The translations under genes were made by a program, and so were the position numbers. Shown piece by piece: positions 21,532-29,414 of a stretch of 64,000 nt of DNA (positions are counted from its first letter, which is position 1; the number at the start of each line of letters is the position of its first letter). The stretch comes from Microcystaceae cyanobacterium. GTDB lineage: Bacteria; Cyanobacteriota; Cyanobacteriia; Cyanobacteriales; Microcystaceae. The stretch spans positions 64,001-128,000 of the forward strand of contig JBGTGT010000123.1 of assembly GCA_041746575.1 (NCBI GenBank), in the 5' to 3' direction. The notes below the pieces were generated by a model, which made no database searches, was not told the DNA's origin, and saw only the letters and a list, made by a program, of their open reading frames with translations.

Positions 21532-24116
21532 TAACGAGTACACCCCTGCTCTGTTTCTCTCAAGCGTTGAACACTGGTCACCGTAGGATCATAAGACACC
21601 AAAACGACTTCCCCTCTCTCGTTAAAAACCCATCCTTGGGTGGCAACAAGGGAATTAGGACTTAAAGCAGTTTTTGTAATCGCTATGCTCTCTTTTTTGC
21701 CAATCTCCTGATTTCTCATGGGTGCAGGTTCAACTAAGCCGATTTCAGTGGCTTCACTGTTGAGATTTTCATTAAGGCTAGGGGTAGGGGGTAAGCCGCC
21801 CCGTCCTGATACGACTAATTCACTTCCTAAGCCGCTTTTACAGGAATTTTGGGCAATTAGTGTCTTGGGATCGACAATGGTTTCGGGCAGTAGCTCTAAG
21901 CCTTGATTGGAGTCTGGTTCTCGGTTAATAAAGATTTCTCCGGCTGAACCTGATTCTGAACTGGCATCAAGATCATTGGTTCGATTGCCGTCAGAAGCTT
22001 TCCGTCCTTGAATCCCAAAAATTCCCTCTGCGTTAATAATAATCCGTCCTCCATCTCCTTGGTTAGCATTAGCTGTAATGTCGCTTCCATTTGCACCCGT
22101 TGGTGGAGAAACAATCAAAAATGGTGTTTTAATTGTGATATTTCCTCCGTTAGCCTCCCCGTTGGCGGTAGCAGAAATGGTGCTTTCGTTGGCTATGGTT
22201 ATTAAATCTGATGCAGTTAGGGTAATATTTGCTCCCTCTTCTCCTTGACTCCTACCTGTTTCGGCGGTAATTAAACCTTGATTAAGGGATAAGGAATTAG
22301 CGTTAATGTCAATGTTTCCGGCTAAACCTTGGCGACTGCTAACAGTGATTTGTGCGCCCTCAGAGAGGTTTAATTGTCCTGTAGTAAGGTTTAAATTCCC
22401 TGCTGTCCCACCTTCTTGGGTTGCTTTTACGGATAATTCTCCATTATTGCTCAATTGTACCGCTTCATGTGCGTTAATCGTTAAGTTTCCTGCCCTTCCT
22501 GTTTGAGTCGAAGCAGATAGGGTAGCTCCCTGTTGAATGGTTAATAGAGGAGTATTGATGGTCAAGTTTCCAGCCGAGGTACTTTGACTGGTCGCTAAAA
22601 CAGTGCTGTTTAACCCACTCAGGATAACTGACTCAGAAGCATTAATATTCAAGTTTCCTGCTTGTCCTGTACTTCTATCAAGAGCGGAAACGGATATACT
22701 CCCTCCGTCTTGGATACTCAGGCGACCTGTGTTGATGGCGATACTTCCTCCATTCCCTGAGGCTTCTCCTATTGTTTGAGCAAACAAACTACTCCGTATT
22801 ATTTTATTTTCTGATCTCCCTTGACCGCTAATCTCTACTGATTCCGTTGCTTCTACCGTAATCGTACCTGCATTGCCAGCACTAGAAGTCGAACTTGATA
22901 GCTGGCCTCCATTACGCAAAATAAGGCGACCCGTTTTAAGGGTTAAATCCCCTGCATTCCCATTGGCGAACGTTTGAGTACTTAATTGGTTAAAGCCTCC
23001 CCCAGCGTCCACCTCTACAGATTCAGTTGCATTGATAATTAAGTTTCCGCCTCGTCCCTCCTCATTTTCTGCAGTTGTCCTTATAAACGATGAGTCATCT
23101 CGGACAACTAACTGTTTGGCTTCAATAATAATATCAGCCGCTGACCCACTATTAGATGTTGCTGTTACATCACTATCTCCTTCGACTGTTATCATTTCGG
23201 AAGCGTTTAGAGTAATTGTTCCACCTACATCCGTTCCTTGATTAAATCTTGTGATTTGGGATTTGTCCATTAATAAAATGTTTCTACCCCGTAAGCTAAT
23301 ACTTCCGAGACCTTCCGTCGGTTCTAAAATACCTATACCTATACCTGCCTCCCGTGAAAGTTGAATATCTTGGAATGCCTCTACACTGTCGTAACTGAAT
23401 GTCCAAGTAGTAGTTTGAGGGATTAGACTAACAAAAGCAGGAGAAGCTACGCTACCGATCTCAATGCTTCCTCCCAGAGTCGTAATTTTGCCTCCTTCTA
23501 AAAATACGCCACTCCCAATAAGTGCTAGGGTTCTACTGGGTGGAACTGCGAGTCCAGATGAATTTGTATCATTCACGACGGAGCGATTGACGATACTGCC
23601 CGAATTCCCCCTAAATTGCAGACCAATCGGAATGCTAGTGGTTAGCAAGGGGGACGGCGACAAATCTCTAGCACTGAAAACCTTTCCATCCGCAAAATGA
23701 ATCTCACTAGCAGTACTGGCAATAAATGAGCCACCAATCTTTAATTGGGCATTATTCCCAAAAACGATGCCGCTCGGATTTAGTAAAAAAAGGTTCGCTG
23801 GATGATTTGCTCGAATTACTCCCTCAATATTAGATAAAGATCCCCCTGTGACTCGACTAAAGATATTTTGGATGGTATTGGCATTGTTAAAGAAAGCTTC
23901 TCCACCTGAGGGAATGGAGAACTCACGGAAGCTATGAAAAAGATTTCCTCCTTCTTGCCGACCCCCTACAATCGTAAATTGAGATTGATCGGGGGTGGTG
24001 ATCTCAGTCGATAATGTCCCGTCCCCACTGATTTGTGCCAAGCCGAGGGGCGTTATTATTAAATTACCTAAACTAAAAACACTGACAAGGGAAAGGAAAT
24101 TTATCAATTTTTTCAT
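21531..24116 (-). CDS. Filamentous haemagglutinin-like exoprotein (TpsA) with TPS secretion domain
   Basis: Signal peptide, NLFHSFREFS...NIFSRVTGG...NLFLLNPSGIVFG, and Gly/Asn-rich beta-helix repeats (G.AG.L.I.A). Confidence 0.92.
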   Translation of the reverse strand: MKKLINFLSLVSVFSLGNLIITPLGLAQISGDGTLSTEITTPDQSQFTIVGGRQEGGNLFHSFREFSIPSGGEAFFNNANTIQNIFSRVTGGSLSNIEGVIRANHPANLFLLNPSGIVFGNNAQLKIGGSFIASTASEIHFADGKVFSARDLSPSPLLTTSIPIGLQFRGNSGSIVNRSVVNDTNSSGLAVPPSRTLALIGSGVFLEGGKITTLGGSIEIGSVASPAFVSLIPQTTTWTFSYDSVEAFQDIQLSREAGIGIGILEPTEGLGSISLRGRNILLMDKSQITRFNQGTDVGGTITLNASEMITVEGDSDVTATSNSGSAADIIIEAKQLVVRDDSSFIRTTAENEEGRGGNLIINATESVEVDAGGGFNQLSTQTFANGNAGDLTLKTGRLILRNGGQLSSSTSSAGNAGTITVEATESVEISGQGRSENKIIRSSLFAQTIGEASGNGGSIAINTGRLSIQDGGSISVSALDRSTGQAGNLNINASESVILSGLNSTVLATSQSTSAGNLTINTPLLTIQQGATLSASTQTGRAGNLTINAHEAVQLSNNGELSVKATQEGGTAGNLNLTTGQLNLSEGAQITVSSRQGLAGNIDINANSLSLNQGLITAETGRSQGEEGANITLTASDLITIANESTISATANGEANGGNITIKTPFLIVSPPTGANGSDITANANQGDGGRIIINAEGIFGIQGRKASDGNRTNDLDASSESGSAGEIFINREPDSNQGLELLPETIVDPKTLIAQNSCKSGLGSELVVSGRGGLPPTPSLNENLNSEATEIGLVEPAPMRNQEIGKKESIAITKTALSPNSLVATQGWVFNERGEVVLVSYDPTVTSVQRLRETEQGCTR

Positions 24117-24162
24117 AGCGATCCTTTTTTATGACGCTTGCTCTCATCTTAACTTTTCCGTT

Positions 24163-24624
24163 CTATCCCGGATTACAGGTGACACATCTTCGCCAAGGAC
24201 CAAACCCAGCCCACTCCCCAATTCGTCCGAAACGAGACGTACATTCTCCGCATGCTAAACCAACCCGAGAAGTTAGCCCTTCTATTGCCTTTTCTCCGGC
24301 GCCGGCTTGCTTCCATAAGCGATCAGCTTTACTCAGTTCACCTTTTTGTTTTTTAATGTCTCCTAGACGCGTTTTAGCCACAATCAAAACGTCAACGTCT
24401 TTATTGTTTAGAACTTCTTCGATGGCTTTGTTAAAGAAAAACTCTGCATCATTGGTGTTCCCTGCTTCACTGGCTGCTATTCCGTCTTCTAACGCTTTCA
24501 AAGCTTCGCTATCGCGGGGCGTCTGAGCTGATGCAACTACAGGCGACATTACTAATACGGTTAAGCTGAGCATCAATGCTAGGACAAGGGAGCAGAGCAT
24601 TGTCAAGGGAGACCGTCTTTTCAT
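24163..24624 (-). CDS. Small secreted protein with TPR-like hairpin and C-terminal CxxC...CxxC tail
   Basis: AAGGA RBS, signal peptide ending ASA|Q, tail CGEC...CVTC. Confidence 0.7.
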   Translation of the reverse strand: MKRRSPLTMLCSLVLALMLSLTVLVMSPVVASAQTPRDSEALKALEDGIAASEAGNTNDAEFFFNKAIEEVLNNKDVDVLIVAKTRLGDIKKQKGELSKADRLWKQAGAGEKAIEGLTSRVGLACGECTSRFGRIGEWAGFGPWRRCVTCNPG

Positions 24625-24725
24625 AAGTCAAATTTCCTTTTTTAAAAACAACTGAGATAAGACATCAGAATTCTAGAGAATGATTCCCGTGAATTTTCGA
24701 CTTTTTTAACAAAAATTCATATCTC

Positions 24726-25091
24726 TTAGCGGAGTTCAATATCTGAGCGATCACGAACAACGGATTCAACTTCTGGCAAAGCGGCAATCTTTTCTGCGAC
24801 CATTGGCGTACCTAACAAAGCGACAAGGGGAAAGGCTGTTGGCTCTCCTATCGCCAAAACCTGATCTTCTAACCCCTCCTGTTGAAGCCATTGTTGGAGT
24901 TTTTGTTGAAAAGCTTGGTTATAAGCGATTCCACTTTCATAGATAGCCCCCCGTCCTTGAACAGATTTTGAGCTTTCATTTTCTGGTTTTAGCCGAATAA
25001 TGTAAGGGTGTACGTCTGGAGGTAACTTTGAATAATCGCCGAGTAAAGGCTGAATGTTGGATGAAACATCTTGATCGGGTGGAATTTCCAT
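24726..25091 (-). CDS. Hypothetical protein resembling a stand-alone subtilase I9 propeptide/inhibitor
   Basis: YIIRLK near the N-terminus and VALLGTPMVAEKIAALPEVESVVRD at the C-terminus. Start probably the ATG at 25091. Confidence 0.55.
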   Translation of the reverse strand: MEIPPDQDVSSNIQPLLGDYSKLPPDVHPYIIRLKPENESSKSVQGRGAIYESGIAYNQAFQQKLQQWLQQEGLEDQVLAIGEPTAFPLVALLGTPMVAEKIAALPEVESVVRDRSDIELR

Positions 25092-25104
25092 AGAAAAACA
25101 ATAA

Positions 25105-26484
25105 CTAAGAACAGGTAGGAACAAATCTAGCTAATCCAGCACCGACTCGTGCGGCGGGTTGATCATTAAGCTTAAGGGTATTGTTGAGGAGTTTTGCTCT
25201 AACGTCTTCTGGGGTTAATGAAGGCTCTTGACAGAAATATAAAGCCGCAATTCCCGTAACATAAGGGGCTGCCATACTGGTGCCACTTAAATTTTTATAG
25301 AGAGAGGAACCCTCGTAATCTCTTTCGTAGCTAGAATATATATTCACGCCATAGCCTACTAAATCCGGCTTACTGACGTTTCCGTCTTCATCTGCTTGTC
25401 CACTACCCGACAAGTCAAAGATTTGATGATTGAAATCCACAGCACCGATCCCCAAAATTTCCTTAAAACCCGCAGGAAATCTTAAATTGTCTTGGCCTTC
25501 ATTGCCGATTGCCGCAATGGGCAATATATTTGCTTTAATTAGCATTTGCAGAATTTTCCGCATGGTCTTGAGGCGTCCTTTGAACTCAGCGTCGGATTCG
25601 ATATCCGTCGCCAATGAGCGGCTAAAACCAAGGGACATATTGAGAACGGCGGGAAGATTTTCATTTTCGGGGCGACTGAAATGAGACAAGAGCCACTCCA
25701 ATCCAGCCGCAACTCGAATAAGGTCAGTGCGAGAACTGCCGCTTTCGATCACTGACGCAACGTATAATTTGGACTCAGGTGCTATCCCTACCCGATTACC
25801 GCCAACAATACCGCAAACGTGTGTACCATGACCGTCAGGATCAAACCCTCGTACATCACGAGGCGGCCATTTGAAATCTTGGGGAAAGAGAGAGACGTAG
25901 CGATAGGTTACAGGACGACTAAATTCTTGATGATCGGCGTCTATTCCACTATCGAGAACCCCCACGAGAACATCTTGTCCTCTGATGTTTTGCTCGTGTG
26001 CTTCTGCTACCCCGCTAGTAATGCGCCATTCCTCCTCCTTAGCGCAACGGTATCCCCGAGCGTCATCATGAGTGATTGGCTGGGTTAAAAATAAGGGAAA
26101 ATTAGGGAGAAATAAATAATCGCTATCTAGATCGCTTTTGGCATCGTTTTCTTCCTTCTCATCACAAAAATAGGCGGCAGTCACTCCCAGGGCATTGAGA
26201 CTAGAAAATATTCCTTTTGAACAGGAAGATGCGTCTTCCGTTTGTAGCTTTTGAATATTCTCAAGACCCAGTTTTTGTAACTTATTGGGGACAGAAAACT
26301 CAGCATCTGGGTCATCTCTTCTCCATTCTAGCGGCTGCTGAGTTCCTCGACTACGTTGCATGATGGATCGAGAAGAAGTTGTATTCGAGTCAGCTTGACA
26401 AGTATGCTTGGGAACAACAAGATAGGCGTTGGCAAACTCTTGTTCTAAAGAATTAAGCGTTCTCTTCATCGAGGATTGAGGCAT
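25105..26484 (-). CDS. S8 (subtilisin-like) serine peptidase with no obvious signal peptide
   Basis: Catalytic triad motifs VGVLDSGID, DGHGTHVCG, SGTSMAAPYV; oxyanion AAIGNEG. Confidence 0.93.
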   Translation of the reverse strand: MPQSSMKRTLNSLEQEFANAYLVVPKHTCQADSNTTSSRSIMQRSRGTQQPLEWRRDDPDAEFSVPNKLQKLGLENIQKLQTEDASSCSKGIFSSLNALGVTAAYFCDEKEENDAKSDLDSDYLFLPNFPLFLTQPITHDDARGYRCAKEEEWRITSGVAEAHEQNIRGQDVLVGVLDSGIDADHQEFSRPVTYRYVSLFPQDFKWPPRDVRGFDPDGHGTHVCGIVGGNRVGIAPESKLYVASVIESGSSRTDLIRVAAGLEWLLSHFSRPENENLPAVLNMSLGFSRSLATDIESDAEFKGRLKTMRKILQMLIKANILPIAAIGNEGQDNLRFPAGFKEILGIGAVDFNHQIFDLSGSGQADEDGNVSKPDLVGYGVNIYSSYERDYEGSSLYKNLSGTSMAAPYVTGIAALYFCQEPSLTPEDVRAKLLNNTLKLNDQPAARVGAGLARFVPTCS

Positions 26485-26662
26485 AGGAATAATGGGCTAA
26501 AGTTTAATGAGTAATAAGTTAGGGATACAACATAGATTGATTTTTTCCTTAAATTGTCTGCTTATCGTAACTCACTTTTATTTGAGCCTTTGACGCACTG
26601 TAATATTTATTTAATATTCAACGCACTAAGCAAACATAAATAGCTACTCATCGTTATTTTTT

Positions 26663-28405
26663 CTAAAAAAAGCGATAATTAATCGTAAAATAAAGCCCTT
26701 GCTCCTGTAAGGTCTGATCACTCGATTCAACATCAATTAAGGGAATTCCCCAATCAAAACGCGCTGTAAAATTGTCCCCCATCTGCCACTGTAGCCCCAG
26801 TCCTATGCCTAGCAACGTATTTGGTACAGGAGTTAAGAGGGGATTACCCGTATCATTCCAAGCTACCCCAAAATCGATAAAAGGAGCAACTTGTAGAATG
26901 CCATTCACTTCATCAACCCGAAGAATTGGCAAACGCACTTCTGCTGAGGCGAAAACCCCATTATCCGTTAATAATAGATCCTGTCGATAGCCTCGCACCG
27001 TATATAAACCCCCCAAAGTAAATTGCTCCAACGGAACAAGGGGTTGAGTCGTAAACTGTAAGGAAGAACGGAGAAGAAGCAAAGTATCGGGTGCCAGCGA
27101 TCGCACATACTGTCCTTGCCCTTGCCATTCAAAAAAGCGGCTATCGGGGGGATTATTATTTGTCGTTGCATCAAAGATATCTAAGCCAAAACTAAACTGA
27201 GAACGAAGAATAAAGATATCCTGAGAGCCTCGCTGAGTCCACTCTTGAAAAAAGCGTAGGGCTGAAATCCTTGTTTTCCCTTGATCATTTGCGCCAGGTG
27301 AAAGAGGGAAACCTATGCCTAAGAGCCGAGTTTGACTCGCTGAATAGGAGGCGGTGATTCCCAAGGCCAATTCTTGGGTCGGAGTTTGCCAAATCGGTTG
27401 GCGAAAGCTTAGATCAAGATAAAGGGAATCCCCTTCAATATCTAAACGGTCAAAAGGGGCTTCAATCACCTGACTCGCCGTCCCTTGCGCTGTCAATTGC
27501 ACTGTGCCATTGTAAGCATTAACAGGGATTGTGTAACTGCCATAAATGGCGTTACTGCCCTCCGTATTGGCGTATTCTATCCTCAAGCCGTCGCCAATAC
27601 CGAATAAATTGCCTTGATTGAGGTCAATTCCCCGCTCAAAACTGCCAATACTGGGTACTCGGCTATTATCCAGAAAAACATTCAGATAAAAAGAATCAGC
27701 TTCTTGGACTTTAACCGACAGAATACTCAATTCAGGGCGGCTTCCTGCTGACAAATCGGCGGAAATCGTTTCAATAAGGGGATCTAATTGTAAGAGTTGT
27801 AGGGCTTCTAAGAGGCGATTTTGATTGAGGGGTGGGGCGGTGGCAATGGCTAACCGCTTGCGAACATAATCGGGGTTCAATCGTCCTTCAACCGTCACGT
27901 TGATGTCTTCAATGCCTCCTTCAATCACTTGCATTTTAACCACGGCGCGCTCAGGGGTAAAAACCTGTCCGGCGGGAATAAGCGCACCCGAATTGATATA
28001 TCCTGCGTTGACATAGTGTTGGGTAATCGCCGCCTCCGCTTGTAGTAATTGAGCAAAAGTGATGGGTTTATCGGTAAAAGGGGCGGTCACTTCCCTTAAT
28101 TCTTGATCGCTAAACGCCGTATTGCCCTCAAATTCAAAGCGAATAATGGTAATATTTTGGGGCAAGTTGGGTTGATTTTGAGGAGAGGGAAGGGGTGTCG
28201 GAGGGATATCTAAGGAAGGAGCAGGAGGCGTCTGGGGAATCGGAATCGGTTCTGGCGATCTAGGGGGCAAAATAAAGGGACTCAGCGGCGGTTGGGAGCG
28301 AGGAGGAGTCGGATTTTGCGCATTTGCTCTCTCTTGAGAAAAAACAACGAATCCCTTTAATATCAATAAAACTAATAAATTTGCACTTAAACAGCGAAAA
28401 TACAC
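26663..28405 (-). CDS. ShlB/FhaC/HecB two-partner secretion outer-membrane transporter (TpsB)
   Basis: Pro-rich linker, POTRA domain (FEGNTAFSD...GYINSGA), VRGY motif, C-terminal Phe. Confidence 0.92.
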   Translation of the reverse strand: MYFRCLSANLLVLLILKGFVVFSQERANAQNPTPPRSQPPLSPFILPPRSPEPIPIPQTPPAPSLDIPPTPLPSPQNQPNLPQNITIIRFEFEGNTAFSDQELREVTAPFTDKPITFAQLLQAEAAITQHYVNAGYINSGALIPAGQVFTPERAVVKMQVIEGGIEDINVTVEGRLNPDYVRKRLAIATAPPLNQNRLLEALQLLQLDPLIETISADLSAGSRPELSILSVKVQEADSFYLNVFLDNSRVPSIGSFERGIDLNQGNLFGIGDGLRIEYANTEGSNAIYGSYTIPVNAYNGTVQLTAQGTASQVIEAPFDRLDIEGDSLYLDLSFRQPIWQTPTQELALGITASYSASQTRLLGIGFPLSPGANDQGKTRISALRFFQEWTQRGSQDIFILRSQFSFGLDIFDATTNNNPPDSRFFEWQGQGQYVRSLAPDTLLLLRSSLQFTTQPLVPLEQFTLGGLYTVRGYRQDLLLTDNGVFASAEVRLPILRVDEVNGILQVAPFIDFGVAWNDTGNPLLTPVPNTLLGIGLGLQWQMGDNFTARFDWGIPLIDVESSDQTLQEQGLYFTINYRFF

Positions 28406-28671
28406 AGTTTACTTTTGATTTCTAACGTTGCTTAACTTTTATTTGAGAATAACATAGACTTCTTGAATCTTAAAAAAAATTTGACATCATCCAAAAGTTC
28501 GGCTACCACTGAAATAAAACATCCTTTTCTACAGTTGTTTTGTTTGCAACTTGACGGAGGCAGGACTTCGCCTTTTATAATTCCTCTTTTCATTTTTATC
28601 GTCCATTTAAACCCCTGTTGAGTTAATCTAAAAACTTTAGAAAATCCCTATTTTTGCCATAAATAAGTAAA

Positions 28672-29400
28672 ATGCTCAATAAACAGCTTATTCTTTATCC
28701 AATCCTTCTAGGGCTATTGGTTCTGGAGACGACTCCCACTGTCGCCCAATCTCATCCTCCAGCATCTGATCCAACCCCTCGCATTTTGACTAGAGTCTTA
28801 TTTAAGCCACCCCCAGAGGACAAAAAACCGCATCAAACTAGAGCGGCAGGTTCTCGTAATGAAGGACGTTGTCCTCAAGATAGAGATTCTTCATCAACAC
28901 CTCTGACTCCCCTCGTTCCTTCCGCTTCCTTTGGCTTAACAACAACAGAACGCCCCACTTTATGGTTAATGATACCCAAAACAACTGCTAGACAGGTGGT
29001 GTTAAGCATTCGAGAAGAAGGCATCCAATATCACTCCAAAACCCTGATTCCGATTACGGGTGAGTCTGGCGTTATTGGTTTACAACCCTCCGCAGATGCG
29101 CCTCCTTTAGCGACCGGCAAAACCTATCAATGGGGGGTAGTATTGGTCTGTGGAAAAACCCCGACGCCGAATGATCCCTCCTTTGCGGTTTGGGTAAAAC
29201 GGGTGGCTATTGGCAATCCCCCTCAGCACGGCTCAACTTTGGAACAAGCCGCTTGGTATGGTAATCAGGGGATTTGGTACGATGCTTTAACCCATCTCGT
29301 GAAAGCCAGTCAATCTCAGCCGAATGATCCCGAATTAAAAGATATTTGGCATAATTTTCTTCAATCCGGAGGAATATTATCGAACGCTGATGAAGAGTAA
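28672..29400 (+). CDS. DUF928 domain exported protein
   Basis: Signal peptide; F.PP...AAGSR...C; GLTT.ERPTLW; L..GK.YQW...C; GIWYDAL. Confidence 0.88.
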   Translation: MLNKQLILYPILLGLLVLETTPTVAQSHPPASDPTPRILTRVLFKPPPEDKKPHQTRAAGSRNEGRCPQDRDSSSTPLTPLVPSASFGLTTTERPTLWLMIPKTTARQVVLSIREEGIQYHSKTLIPITGESGVIGLQPSADAPPLATGKTYQWGVVLVCGKTPTPNDPSFAVWVKRVAIGNPPQHGSTLEQAAWYGNQGIWYDALTHLVKASQSQPNDPELKDIWHNFLQSGGILSNADEE

Positions 29401-29414
29401 AAAGTCTTATAATC

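Noticed and set aside
21200..27090. Apparent absence of HIP1 sites across tpsA-S8 as evidence of horizontal transfer
   Set aside because: A gap at least as long (about 48.3-55.6 kb) covers the core gene hemL, so the signal is not discriminating by eye.
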